A stretch of 59,724 nucleotides of DNA, filler included. It is 3 parts of 3 records of this genome, joined end to end, with 100 filler letters (N's around TTAATTAATTAA, not from the genome) between each part and the next. Parts side by side here need not be neighbours in the genome. Positions count along the whole stretch, not along the records: positions 1 to 23,021 come from DRR723986_4142; 2 more parts are not named here. The stretch is one strand, 5' to 3'. The position numbers were made by a program, and so were the translations under genes. The notes below the pieces were generated by a model, which was given only the letters and a program-made list of their open reading frames with translations, made no database searches and was not told the DNA's origin. Below are positions 1 to 10,045 of this stretch, one piece after another (position 1 is the first letter of the stretch; the number at the start of each line of letters is the position of its first letter).

Positions 1-351
1 CGGGTTCGGCTTCTGGAACACCATGCCGACACGGGAGCGCAACAGGACCGGGTCGATGGCCGGCGAATTGATATCCTTTCCTTCCATCATGATCTCGCCT
101 TCCACGCGGCAGCCTTCAATCGTGTCGTTCATCCGGTTCAGGCACCGCAGGAACGTGGACTTGCCGCAACCAGACGGCCCAATCAGCGCAGTGACTGACC
201 GGTCGGCAATCTGGAGCGAGACATCGTAGATCGCCTGTTTCTCTCCATAGAAGACATTGATGTTCCGGCACGACATGCGCACGGAGGTATCCGGCGCGTC
301 CGGCAGGACACCCTTCTCCATCGTCGTATCGTTCCCGAGGGTACCGTCCAT
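1..351 (-). CDS. pstB: Phosphate ABC transporter ATP-binding protein (5' part, runs off window start)
   Basis: Manual translation from ATG at 351 (TGATG overlap with pstA stop): MDGTLG...[24 protein letters not shown]...[11 protein letters not shown]; Walker A and PstB-typical motifs. Confidence 0.95.
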   Translation of the reverse strand, partial: MDGTLGNDTTMEKGVLPDAPDTSVRMSCRNINVFYGEKQAIYDVSLQIADRSVTALIGPSGCGKSTFLRCLNRMNDTIEGCRVEGEIMMEGKDINSPAIDPVLLRSRVGMVFQKPNP

Positions 352-1913
352 CACCATCTCCGCTCGAACTTTCTGCGCAGGAAAACAACCACGCCGTTCA
401 TCGCTATCAGGAAGACGAGCAGGATCAAAATGACTGCACCCGTCATCGGCTCCCAGGCCCGCTCGGCTTGTGTCGCCCATGAATAGATCAACACCGGCAG
501 CGCAGTCGCCTCGTCCGTCGGACCATGTGGAACTTCCGCCACGAACGCGACCATACCGATCAACAGCAACGGCGCCGTTTCGCCCAGCGCCCGCGCCATG
601 CCCAGAATGGCTCCGGTCAGCATGCCCGGGGCCGCCAGCGGCATGACATGATGGAAAACGGTCTGCATGCGGGACGCACCCACAGCAAGGGCAGCGTCAC
701 GGATCGATTGCGGTACGGCCTGCAGTGCTGCCCGGGAAGCGATGATCACAACCGGCAGGATCAGCAAAGCGAGCACCAGTCCGCCAACGACAGGCGCTGA
801 TCGCGGCAGGCCAAAAGCGCCAAGAAAGACCGCCGCGCCCAGAAGGCCGAAGACAATGGACGGCACCGCAGCGAGGTTGTTGATGTTCACTTCGATCAGC
901 CCGGTGACCCGGTTCCGGGGCGCAAATTCTTCCAGATAAATCGATGCCAGAACGCCGACCGGGATGGCCAGTGATGCTGTGACCAGCAGGGTCAGCAGCG
1001 AACCAACAATCGCCGCCAGCGTACCGGCCAGTTCCGGCTGTGTGCTGTCCGTGTGGGTCAACAGGCTCCAATGCGGCACACGGGACACACGGCCTTCGGC
1101 TTTCAAGGCCAGCAGCCAGGCGATCTGCCGGTCGGTGACCGTGCGTTCCGATTCCGGAGACGTGATCAGGCGCGCGCGCACCGGGTAGGTCCTGAAATCC
1201 TGCAGGGCCCCGGTCAGGAGCGCGCCTGTGATGCTCGACGGGTCCAGCGTGGAGAGTTTGAGCGTCGATTGGCCGGCCGTCATCAGGATGGATCCGGTAT
1301 TTGACACGCCCTGAGTTTGCAAGCCCTCCAGCGAGGCCGCAGCGATCAGGCGTTTGAACGCTCCATCACCGGTCAGGGTCAGAACGCCATTTGTTTCCTC
1401 CGCACCCACGCGCCCAATCGGCACGGTCAGGTGCCGGGCGTTGGCGCCCTTCAGGTAGAGGTCCAGATCGTCCGACAAGGGTAATTGGACCTCACGGATC
1501 GTGCCAACTTCCCGCGGATTGCGGACGATCTGCCGAGCGACGGGCAAGACAGCCAACCGGGTGACCAGCGCGGTCAGCTCGTGGCGCAGCACAGGATTTC
1601 TGGCGGTTTCCGGGAACTGCGCCAACAGGTCGGTGCGAACCAGTCCGTACACTTTGTCCACGGGCGGCGGATCGTCCGTCTTGAGCCCGCCGAATGTCTC
1701 CTTGTCCAGGTCGAGATCGAACGACACGACATGATAGGTCGCGGCCGACATGGCCTGGGTCGTGATCGAGGCCAGCAACAGCGTCAGCGCCGCGAGCGCA
1801 AAACCAATGGCAAGGCGTCCATACCATTTGAAACGCTGGTCAGCCGCCCGCCGCCGGCGCAGCCGTTTCAACGCCCTTTCATTGGCAAATGGGGAGGTGG
1901 CCGGATCACTCAT
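351..1913 (-). CDS. pstA: Phosphate ABC transporter permease PstA
   Basis: [24 protein letters not shown] loop ([11 protein letters not shown]), [11 protein letters not shown]; between pstC and pstB. Confidence 0.95.
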   Translation of the reverse strand: MSDPATSPFANERALKRLRRRRAADQRFKWYGRLAIGFALAALTLLLASITTQAMSAATYHVVSFDLDLDKETFGGLKTDDPPPVDKVYGLVRTDLLAQFPETARNPVLRHELTALVTRLAVLPVARQIVRNPREVGTIREVQLPLSDDLDLYLKGANARHLTVPIGRVGAEETNGVLTLTGDGAFKRLIAAASLEGLQTQGVSNTGSILMTAGQSTLKLSTLDPSSITGALLTGALQDFRTYPVRARLITSPESERTVTDRQIAWLLALKAEGRVSRVPHWSLLTHTDSTQPELAGTLAAIVGSLLTLLVTASLAIPVGVLASIYLEEFAPRNRVTGLIEVNINNLAAVPSIVFGLLGAAVFLGAFGLPRSAPVVGGLVLALLILPVVIIASRAALQAVPQSIRDAALAVGASRMQTVFHHVMPLAAPGMLTGAILGMARALGETAPLLLIGMVAFVAEVPHGPTDEATALPVLIYSWATQAERAWEPMTGAVILILLVFLIAMNGVVVFLRRKFERRW

Positions 1914-3336
1914 ACTTTTCCCTGAACCGCTTCACGACATTGATGGCGACGAGATTGAACAGCAGAGTCACCACGAAAAGAACAAGGCCGAGTGCAAAGG
2001 CCGACAGCGTCTTGGGGCTGTTGAACTCGGATTCTCCGGTGAGCAAGGACACGATCTGGACGGTGATAGTCGTCAGGTCGGAGGTCGGGTCGGGCGAGAT
2101 CCGCGCACGCTGGCCGGCCGCCATGACCACGATCATCGTCTCGCCAATGGCGCGGGATACGGCCAGCAACAGCGCCGCGATGATGCCCGGCAGCGCCGCC
2201 GGCACCACGACCTGGCGGACCGCCTCCGCCTTGGTTGCCCCCATAGCATAGGCCCCATCCCTCAGCGACTGCGGCACAGCGCGGATCACATCATCGGAGA
2301 GCGATGAAACAAAGGGGATGACCATGATCCCCATGACGATCCCTGCCGCGAGCGCACTGGTCGGCTGCGCGGCAAGAACAGCCCCGTCCGCCAGGCCCCA
2401 TGAAATGAGGAGCTGGTTGATCCACAGCGCTAAAGACCGCACGGCAGGTGCAATCACCAGCAACGCGAAGAAGCCATAAACAACGGTTGGAATACCCGCG
2501 AGCACTTCCAGAACCGGCTTGATGATCGCCCGCACCTGCCCGCTCGCATATTCGGACAGGTAAATCGCTGCGAACAGGCCAATCGGCGCCGCCACCATCA
2601 TGGCGAAGAACGAGATCATGAAAGTGCCGAAGAACAGCGGCAGCGCGCCGAACTCGGCGCTTGTCTGCGCATTCCACCGTGTTCCAAGCAGGAAATCCCA
2701 CACCGGCACTTCGGCAAAGAAGCGCAGGCTCTCGAAGACGAGTGACGCGACAATGCCGACGGTGGTCGCGATGGCGAGCGCTGCGCACAGGAACAGGAAC
2801 CACTCGATGCCGCTCTCGACATGCTGGCGGGCCCGGAATCCGGGTGACAGGCAGCGTCGGGAGAGGAACATGCCTGCGATGGAGAGAGCCAGCGCAAAGG
2901 CCAGGGTGAAAATGTTCACCGTCCCGCGGATCTCACCATACCGCTCGGTGACCGTGTCGAAGACGTGCTCGCCGCTCAGGAAGTCCGGAATGCGGGCGGC
3001 GCGGGCCACCGTGTCGAGATAAGTCGTCAGCTCACCCGGCGTGAGGATCGAAAACCCGTCCGGTAGCTCGCTGCGCAGAATGGCGCGGGATGTGCCCTCG
3101 CCAAAGAAAATGTATCCGAGCGCCACCAGCACAACGGGCACCAGACTCCACATCAGGACGAAGTAGCCGTGCGCGTTCGGACGGGAATTGGGATGGATGT
3201 CTCCCGGAAAAGAGAATTGCTCCGCCCGCAGGCGTCCGGCAATGAATCCGAAGGACGCAAGAGTCACTGCCGCCGCGAGAAGCAGGAAGTCCATTGGCAG
3301 GTGGCCCAATTGCGAGAGCATCCAGTCCCCATTCAA
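1906..3336 (-). CDS. pstC: Phosphate ABC transporter permease PstC (start may be a downstream ATG)
   Basis: YLSEYA, LAGIPTVVYG, SRAIGETMIV, C-terminal REKYE. Confidence 0.95.
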   Translation of the reverse strand: MNGDWMLSQLGHLPMDFLLLAAAVTLASFGFIAGRLRAEQFSFPGDIHPNSRPNAHGYFVLMWSLVPVVLVALGYIFFGEGTSRAILRSELPDGFSILTPGELTTYLDTVARAARIPDFLSGEHVFDTVTERYGEIRGTVNIFTLAFALALSIAGMFLSRRCLSPGFRARQHVESGIEWFLFLCAALAIATTVGIVASLVFESLRFFAEVPVWDFLLGTRWNAQTSAEFGALPLFFGTFMISFFAMMVAAPIGLFAAIYLSEYASGQVRAIIKPVLEVLAGIPTVVYGFFALLVIAPAVRSLALWINQLLISWGLADGAVLAAQPTSALAAGIVMGIMVIPFVSSLSDDVIRAVPQSLRDGAYAMGATKAEAVRQVVVPAALPGIIAALLLAVSRAIGETMIVVMAAGQRARISPDPTSDLTTITVQIVSLLTGESEFNSPKTLSAFALGLVLFVVTLLFNLVAINVVKRFREKYE

Positions 3337-3367
3337 CTGTCAGCTGTGCTCCCCATACTGGAGTGCC

Positions 3368-3385
3368 GCGACACTTATGTGACAA
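3368..3385 (-). promoter_or_regulatory. Pho box upstream of pstC
   Basis: Minus strand TTGTCAC-ATAA-GTGTCGC fits the CTGTCAT-AWAW-CTGTCAY 11-bp tandem consensus, about 30 nt upstream of pstC. Confidence 0.65.
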
Positions 3386-3415
3386 AACGTGCCGACATTA
3401 CGGCTCATCCGACTC

Positions 3416-3446
3416 CTTGCACCAGACGGCCTTAGCGTCCACATCT
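3416..3446 (+). promoter_or_regulatory. Possible RpoH (sigma32) promoter for hslVU
   Basis: CTTGCA-N17-CCACATCT ending 5 nt before the hslV ATG; hslVU is a classic heat-shock operon. Confidence 0.4.
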
Positions 3447-3451
3447 CCGGC

Positions 3452-4012
3452 ATGACTGGCGCAACCGATAGCACTTCTCCCGGCTGGCATGGCACGACCA
3501 TTCTGGCCGTTCGCAAGAATAATAAACTTGTCATGATGTCCGATGGCCAGGTGTCCATGGGACAGACGGTCATGAAAGGTAATGCCCGCAAGGTGCGCCG
3601 CCTCGCTGACGGGAAGATACTGGCAGGATTCGCCGGAGCGACAGCGGACGCCTTTACCCTGTTCGAACGGCTGGAAACCAAGCTGGAGCGCCACAATGGC
3701 CAGCTCTCCCGCGCCGCCGTTGAACTCGCAAAGGACTGGCGCACCGAGAAATACCTCCAGAAACTGGAAGCCCTGCTGATCGTGGCCGACAAGGAAGTGA
3801 CGCTCGTGCTCACAGGGTCCGGCGACGTGCTGGAGCCGGAACATCACGTCGTCGCCGTCGGCTCAGGCGGTAATTACGCCCTCTCCGCCGCGCGCGCCCT
3901 CATCGACTATGAGGAAGACGCCGAAGTGATCGGCCGCAAGGCCATGCAGATCGCTGCCGATATCTGCGTCTACACCAATGCCAATTTCACGGTCGAAACG
4001 CTCGACATCTGA
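3452..4012 (+). CDS. hslV: ATP-dependent protease subunit HslV
   Basis: Short propeptide then catalytic Thr ([10 protein letters not shown]), [26 protein letters not shown]; start moved to ATG 3452. Confidence 0.97.
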   Translation: MTGATDSTSPGWHGTTILAVRKNNKLVMMSDGQVSMGQTVMKGNARKVRRLADGKILAGFAGATADAFTLFERLETKLERHNGQLSRAAVELAKDWRTEKYLQKLEALLIVADKEVTLVLTGSGDVLEPEHHVVAVGSGGNYALSAARALIDYEEDAEVIGRKAMQIAADICVYTNANFTVETLDI

Positions 4013-4029
4013 CCGGATCACAAGACCAC

Positions 4030-5334
4030 ATGACAGAACTCACCCCCCGCGAAATCGTCGCTGAACTCGATCGTCACATTGTTGGCCAGACCGGTGCGAA
4101 GCGCGCAGTCGCCATCGCCCTGCGCAACCGGTGGCGCCGCAAGCAAGCCCCGGAAAACCTGCAAGGCGAAATCACGCCGAAGAACATCCTGATGATCGGG
4201 CCGACCGGTGTCGGCAAGACGGAAGTCTCTCGCCGCCTTGCACGCCTCGCCAACGCCCCTTTCCTGAAGGTCGAAGCCACCAAGTTCACCGAGGTCGGTT
4301 ATGTCGGCCGAGATGTGGAGCAGATCATCCGTGACCTCGTTGAGAGTGCCGTCGGCATGATCCGCGAGCAGAAGCGCACCAGTGTGCAGCAGTCCGCGCA
4401 GGACGCCGCCGAGGAGCGCCTGCTGGATGCGCTCGTCGGCGCAGAGGCGCAATCCTCCACCCGCGAAGTCTTCCGCCGTAAGCTGCGCGATGGCGAACTG
4501 GACGACAAGGAAGTCGACATCGACATGCCGGACACCGGCGGGCCCATGCAGATGTTCGACCTGCCCGGCCAAGGCGGCTCCATGGGGATGATCAATCTCT
4601 CCGACATGCTGGGAAAAGCCATGGGCGGACGTACCAAGCGCGTACGCACCACGGTGAAGGAGGCCTACAAGCCCCTGCTCGACGAAGAAGCCGACAAGAT
4701 GCTGGACGAGGAATCCATCTCCCGCGAAGCCGTTCATGCTGTGGAACAGGACGGCATCGTCTTCCTCGATGAAATCGACAAGATTGCCGCCAAATCAGAA
4801 CGCGGCGGCGCCGATGTCAGCCGTGAAGGCGTCCAGCGCGACCTTCTGCCCCTGATCGAAGGCACGACCGTCTCCACCAAGCGCGGCGCCGTGAAGACGG
4901 ATCATATCCTCTTCATCGCCTCTGGCGCCTTCCACGTCTCGAAGCCGTCGGACATGCTGCCAGAACTGCAGGGGCGCCTGCCGATCCGCGTTGAACTGGA
5001 TGCCCTGACCCGCGACGATCTCCGCCGTATCCTGGTCGAGCCGGAAGCGAGCCTCATCCGCCAATACGAAGCCCTGATGGCCGCCGAAGGCGTAACTCTC
5101 GTCTTTGAAGACGCCGCGATCGACAAGCTGGCAGACCTGGCAGAAGCGGTGAACAACAGCGTCGAAAACATCGGCGCCCGCCGCCTTCAGACCGTTCTGG
5201 AACGCCTTCTGGACGAGATCAGCTTCGAAGCCCCCGAAAAGAAGGGCGAAACGATCACCATCACGGCAGATTATGTGCACGAGCGCGTCAGCGGCCTAGC
5301 CGCCGATGCCGACCTGTCCAAATTCATCCTATAA
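4030..5334 (+). CDS. hslU: ATP-dependent protease ATPase subunit HslU
   Basis: [33 protein letters not shown]-terminal DLSKFIL. Confidence 0.98.
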   Translation: MTELTPREIVAELDRHIVGQTGAKRAVAIALRNRWRRKQAPENLQGEITPKNILMIGPTGVGKTEVSRRLARLANAPFLKVEATKFTEVGYVGRDVEQIIRDLVESAVGMIREQKRTSVQQSAQDAAEERLLDALVGAEAQSSTREVFRRKLRDGELDDKEVDIDMPDTGGPMQMFDLPGQGGSMGMINLSDMLGKAMGGRTKRVRTTVKEAYKPLLDEEADKMLDEESISREAVHAVEQDGIVFLDEIDKIAAKSERGGADVSREGVQRDLLPLIEGTTVSTKRGAVKTDHILFIASGAFHVSKPSDMLPELQGRLPIRVELDALTRDDLRRILVEPEASLIRQYEALMAAEGVTLVFEDAAIDKLADLAEAVNNSVENIGARRLQTVLERLLDEISFEAPEKKGETITITADYVHERVSGLAADADLSKFIL

Positions 5335-5343
5335 CGGACTTAA

Positions 5344-6150
5344 TCAGACCTTTACGTTGGACAGCAGTTCCACCGTCTGGCCATAGCCTTCGACATCCGG
5401 GATAAACAGGCAGGGATTGCCATCGTCGTCCTTGCCGGGCTTCGGCAACACGGTCGGTACGTCCATGGACCCAAACCGCGCCAGCGCGTCGGAAACGGAT
5501 GTGGCCATGGTCATGCGTTTCAGATTCATCCGTGTCGGGAAAATAATGGTCGCCCGGCCGTCGGCTTCCTGGGCTAGCGCCTCTTCGGCGGATAGCCAGA
5601 CAGCATCTGTCGTCTCGCGCCCGTCATGGGCCGCCACCTGATTCTCCGGGGCGGGCGCAATGTAGAAATGCGTGTCGAAGCGCTTCGGCATCATGATCGG
5701 CGTGATCCAGTGGCCAAAGTAGACGAGACTGTCGAGTGCCAGAACAAGATCGTGTTCGCGGATGAGTTCCAGGAAGCTCATCTCACCCCTGTCCACAGCG
5801 TGACGATGCGGCGCCAGCTTGTCGGCGATGTCAGCCCCCACCAACGGAGCCCCCGTACCACGCGCTGAGGCTGGCCGCGCAAGCAGCAATCCACTTTCTT
5901 CGTAAGCCTCACGCACAGCCGCAATCCGTGCATCTTGCTGCACCGGGCCATAGTCACCGTCCGTGTAGGCATCCCATTCCGTACGCGAGTCGTCCGCGCT
6001 CGCCTTGCCGCCCGGAAACACCAGCGCGCCGGCCGCAAAGTCGATCTCGTAATGGCGCTTCACCATCAGCACTTCCGGCGGGCCGGACTTGGCATCACGA
6101 AGCATCAGGATTGTTGCGGAAAGTCTCGGTTCTGCAGGCTTCTTTTCCAT
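5344..6150 (-). CDS. NUDIX hydrolase (NUDT19/CoA-diphosphatase-like)
   Basis: VFPGGK...AAVREAYEESG Nudix box, HWITP, KRFDTHFY. Confidence 0.85.
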   Translation of the reverse strand: MEKKPAEPRLSATILMLRDAKSGPPEVLMVKRHYEIDFAAGALVFPGGKASADDSRTEWDAYTDGDYGPVQQDARIAAVREAYEESGLLLARPASARGTGAPLVGADIADKLAPHRHAVDRGEMSFLELIREHDLVLALDSLVYFGHWITPIMMPKRFDTHFYIAPAPENQVAAHDGRETTDAVWLSAEEALAQEADGRATIIFPTRMNLKRMTMATSVSDALARFGSMDVPTVLPKPGKDDDGNPCLFIPDVEGYGQTVELLSNVKV

Positions 6151-6264
6151 GGTGGTTCCCCCTATCGGGCAAATTTTATCGAAATGTGCCTCTGTTCTTA
6201 CGCGTGATCTTCAGCCTCAGCCCCTAGGGAAGGCAAGACCAACACAGCACACGAGCGGGACACT

Positions 6265-6939
6265 ATGAAACAGACCTGGGCCAATCCTTCCGTCCAAACA
6301 ATCCCAACGCCGGCGGTCCGTTTCGACCCGGTCCTGGATCTTGCCACGGGTGATGCCCTCGGCATGACGGCGGAACTGCCCTTCTGTTTCGAAGATGGCC
6401 CCTCCTTTGGCCCGGCCCGTGCCCGCCAGGGCGAGACAAACTCCGCCAAATGGGTCGCTGACCGGATTGGCGAAATCTCCAGCGTTGCGCACGAATTCCA
6501 CCATGATCAGCGGCCGATCATTGTCCCGGCACCTGTCGCAGCCCTCGCCAACCCGGACACGGCCCTCGCCTGCGATGCCCGCGTACGCCGCAGCGTCTTC
6601 TGCCAGCAGGAATTCTGCATCGAATTTACCGATACGGCCTTTGCCGGCGATGCTGCCGACTCCACCAGCCGCGTCGCCCATTTCCGCCGTCATGGCTTCC
6701 GGGTATCCGTCGACATGCGCAAATCCTGGCAAACGCCGCTCGCCGAAGGCATGCGCCTCCTGATCGATACGCTCCGTGTCGATGCCCGCAACCTCGACTG
6801 CGACCTCCTCATGGAAGTCTGCGAAACTGCCGCTGGAGCGGGCATTCTCGTGATTGCTGAAAACGCGAACTGGCGCGATGCGGACGAGCTGGCCCGCCTT
6901 GGTATCTCCGCCGGAACGCGCCTGCGCGCAGACGCCTAA
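6265..6939 (+). CDS. Degenerate EAL-domain protein
   Basis: FDPVLDLATG resembles the EAL-domain start; CIEFTD, GFRVSVD and IAENA align to EAL blocks but EAL and DDFGTG are lost. Confidence 0.65.
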   Translation: MKQTWANPSVQTIPTPAVRFDPVLDLATGDALGMTAELPFCFEDGPSFGPARARQGETNSAKWVADRIGEISSVAHEFHHDQRPIIVPAPVAALANPDTALACDARVRRSVFCQQEFCIEFTDTAFAGDAADSTSRVAHFRRHGFRVSVDMRKSWQTPLAEGMRLLIDTLRVDARNLDCDLLMEVCETAAGAGILVIAENANWRDADELARLGISAGTRLRADA

Positions 6940-8099
6940 GCGGCGTCCGTATCGGCGTTGTCTGCCTCTTCGGCGGCCGCCATCTCGGAATAATAGTCCA
7001 GCTTCTCAAGCAGGTATTCGAGGTCGTCCTTCGGGATTGCTTGGAACTGCGTCAACACGCGCTCGATCATGCGGGCGCGGAACCGGGCCCGGTCGTTCGT
7101 CCCGCCATCATAGGCAGTCTCGTGGAACACGTTCACTGCAGCCTTGAAGGCTGGCAGCATCTTGCGTGGCAGGCCTGCCCGGTCGAACACAGCCTGCAGG
7201 CCGAGCGGCCCAGCATCGTGGATCATCAGCCAGACGCGCTGGTGGGCAACGCCCGACAGCTCCGCCAGCGCATGCTCCACAAACGGCATCTGCCCGCAAC
7301 AAAGCGCACGCATGATCAGCGAGTGGCTGAGACGGCCGTTCAGATTCAGCTGGGAAACGAACCGCACGAGATCGTTCGAGCGTCCAGCCTGTTCGACAAG
7401 ATCGATCGTCGCCCGCTCCCGGGCGCCCGCGGCCAGGTCGATCGCCATCTGTGCCGGCAGTTCGTGACGGTTGACCAGCATGTCGAACAACTGGCCGGAG
7501 ACCAGTGAAACCATCTTCTCGGCAATATGAGTCGGAATGAATTCCCGGCGGATCAGGCCCTTCTGGACGATCTCGTCGCTGCCGAAGCGGCGCAGCGTGT
7601 CGTCATAGGCCCGGTCGGTGAAATCCGCATGGGAGTTCGACGCAAGTGCCCGGACGGCATGGACCTGCCCGTGCTCTGAAATTACTTCGGTCAACGTGAC
7701 GGAGATATTGTCACGCGCCGCGATTGCGGCCTGCTTGGCAGCCGTTACGGACAAAACCAGTTCGATCAGGTCCTCTTCGGTAAAGACGGGCGAATCCTGC
7801 AGCACCGGAATGGCGACGGCCTCGATGTCCTGCGCCAGTTTCAGCGCGATCTCGCGCGGCAGAATCGGCGAATTGCGCAGCGTGACGGACAGCGTGCGGC
7901 GCACGAGATCTGCCGCATCATCCGCCAGAATCGCCATAATCTCTTCGGCGTATTTCCGCTCGTCTTCGCTCAGCACGTCCAGCGCGATACGGCGGCACAG
8001 CCGGTGCGCCACCGACGCGCGCTGCTCCGGCGTTTCGCCCTTCATCAGGCGATGGATATCCTGCTCTGTCAGTTGCGGCCGGATGGCTTGTACGCTCAT
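6936..8099 (-). CDS. DUF2336 domain-containing protein
   Basis: LAQDIEAVAIPVLQDSPVFTEEDL and AIAAR motifs typical of alphaproteobacterial DUF2336 proteins. Confidence 0.8.
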   Translation of the reverse strand: MSVQAIRPQLTEQDIHRLMKGETPEQRASVAHRLCRRIALDVLSEDERKYAEEIMAILADDAADLVRRTLSVTLRNSPILPREIALKLAQDIEAVAIPVLQDSPVFTEEDLIELVLSVTAAKQAAIAARDNISVTLTEVISEHGQVHAVRALASNSHADFTDRAYDDTLRRFGSDEIVQKGLIRREFIPTHIAEKMVSLVSGQLFDMLVNRHELPAQMAIDLAAGARERATIDLVEQAGRSNDLVRFVSQLNLNGRLSHSLIMRALCCGQMPFVEHALAELSGVAHQRVWLMIHDAGPLGLQAVFDRAGLPRKMLPAFKAAVNVFHETAYDGGTNDRARFRARMIERVLTQFQAIPKDDLEYLLEKLDYYSEMAAAEEADNADTDAA

Positions 8100-8205
8100 A
8101 GGAACCGAAACCCCTCATTAACGATTCGAGGCACCTTGGCCCGGCTCGGTTAATAGGCGGTTTACCAACTCGCTCCCACCGCTTGAGAACAGTTCGGCAG
8201 ACAGC

Positions 8206-8232
8206 AAAACGCCGGGCTTTGGGGCCCGGCGT
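8206..8232 (-). terminator. Intrinsic terminator downstream of tig
   Basis: Minus strand ACGCCGGGC-CCCAAA-GCCCGGCGT followed by T-run, about 30 nt after the tig stop. Confidence 0.7.
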
Positions 8233-8261
8233 CGTTAAATTTCTGTGAGGTGGGAAGAGGC

Positions 8262-9611
8262 TTACTCTTCGTCTTCCTTGAACAGTTCCTCACGGGAGAC
8301 CGTCTTGTCGGTCACGTCCGCCTCGCCGAGGATGTAGTCGACGACTTTATCCTCATAGATCGGCGCGCGAAGCTGAGCCATCGCGTTCGGGTTCTTCTGG
8401 AAGAACTCGATCACCTGACGTTCCTGACCCGGATACTGGCGGGCTTCCTGGATCAGGGCCTGCTGAACCTCCTGCTCAGTGATCTGCACATTGTTCACAC
8501 GACCAATTTCCGCCAGGACGAGGCCAAGGCGCACACGGCGCTCGGCGATCTCGCGGTATTCTTTCTTCAGGTCGTCTTCTGACTTTTCCTTGTCGGCGTC
8601 GTCGACGCGACCGGCATCCATCTCACGCTGCAGCTGCTCCCAGATCTGGCCGAATTCGGCTTCCACCATGTTCGGCGGCAGGTCGAAGCTGTGGGCTTCG
8701 TCCAGGCGGTCCAGCAGGTCACGCTTCGCCTTGTTGCGCGATGCCTGGTCCAGTTCGCCTTTCAGCTGGTCCTTGATGAGACCCGTCAGCTGTTCCAGCG
8801 ACTCGAGGCCGAGACCCTTGGCGAACTCGTCGTTGATCTCTGCTTCCTTCGGCGCGCGCACTTCGTGCACCTTGGTTTCGAAGACAGCAGCCTTACCGGC
8901 CAGGTCTTTCGACGGATAGTCTTCCGGGAAGCTGACTTCGAGGTTCTTCTCTTCGCCCGTCTTCACGCCGACGAGCTGCTCTTCGAAGCCCGGGATAAAA
9001 CGGCCGGAGCCGAGCACGACGGTCTGCTGCTCGGCAGTGCCGCCATCGAAGGGCTCGCCATCGATCTTGCCGACGAAGTCGATCACGACAGCGTCGCCGT
9101 CTTTCGCCTTGGCGGTCTTGCCGCGTGGCTCATACTGCTTGTTCTGTTCGGCAAGATTCTTCAGGGCTTCGTCGACCTGCTCGTCAGCCACTTCGGCCAC
9201 CGGGCGGGTAACCTTGATAGTCTTCACATCGACCGGCTCAAACTCCGGCATGACATCGACATGCATGTGATAGGCAAGGTCGGCCTCGCCCTTCACGACG
9301 TCTTCAATGTCGCCTTCCAGATGCACATCCGGCTGGCCAGCGGGGCGCAGTTCTGCGTCCTCGATGGCTTTCTGGTTGGTTTCATTGACCGTTTTGTCGA
9401 TGATCTCGCCCATCAGGTCGCGCCCGAACATCTTGCGCACGTGAGACGCTGGGACTTTGCCCGGGCGGAAGCCCTTCAGGTTCATGGTCGGACGGATTTC
9501 CTCAATCCGGGCGTCGAGCTTCGACTGCAGTTCGCTTGCAGATACCTTGACGGCAAAGGTGCGGCTGAGACCTTCTGCCTTGGTCTGGGTCACTTCCATC
9601 GGTTCATTCAT
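8262..9611 (-). CDS. tig: Trigger factor
   Basis: GFRPGKVP ribosome-binding signature, FKBP domain (GSGRFIPGFEEQL, FPEDY). Confidence 0.98.
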   Translation of the reverse strand: MNEPMEVTQTKAEGLSRTFAVKVSASELQSKLDARIEEIRPTMNLKGFRPGKVPASHVRKMFGRDLMGEIIDKTVNETNQKAIEDAELRPAGQPDVHLEGDIEDVVKGEADLAYHMHVDVMPEFEPVDVKTIKVTRPVAEVADEQVDEALKNLAEQNKQYEPRGKTAKAKDGDAVVIDFVGKIDGEPFDGGTAEQQTVVLGSGRFIPGFEEQLVGVKTGEEKNLEVSFPEDYPSKDLAGKAAVFETKVHEVRAPKEAEINDEFAKGLGLESLEQLTGLIKDQLKGELDQASRNKAKRDLLDRLDEAHSFDLPPNMVEAEFGQIWEQLQREMDAGRVDDADKEKSEDDLKKEYREIAERRVRLGLVLAEIGRVNNVQITEQEVQQALIQEARQYPGQERQVIEFFQKNPNAMAQLRAPIYEDKVVDYILGEADVTDKTVSREELFKEDEE

Positions 9612-10045
9612 CCGTTCTGGCGATCAGGCCCGGTCATGCCCTTCCGGCAGCCTTCTGATCTGTGTCTGAAGGGGCGGCTTATGTCACACGGAAAACGCCC
9701 TGTCCACGCGGGTTCTGCGGGTTTCGCAGCAGGCCCTGAAACACCAGAACAAAGGTGTTGATACACGCCATCGCCTTCCTGGATCCCGACGGCAGAGGTT
9801 TGTGCAAATATAGCAGGTTAGCGCCTGTTCGACGACTTTCGGCTTGCCGAGAGGGCCAGATAACACCTGATGGTAGATTTATTGCGTCTGCGAAGGGGAA
9901 AACACGCCCCTGAGGTGAACCTGAATTACAGCGCCAACCGTTGACGGTAGTTTGCTGGCGATGGGCGACAACGGGGAAAGCAACGGATTCCTTGCAATTG
10001 TAAGCAGTCCGCAAATGAAGCAGGTCCGAGTGGGGGACAAGTACA

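Noticed and set aside
8691-9761. 356-aa plus-strand ORF and similar long antisense ORFs (4018-4737, 13475-14416, 43411-44412, 47034-47984)
   Set aside because: Shadows of well-supported genes on the opposite strand
9612-10045. attR copy of the tRNA-Leu 3' end
   Set aside because: No match to TGGTGCGGATGAGAGG found by eye
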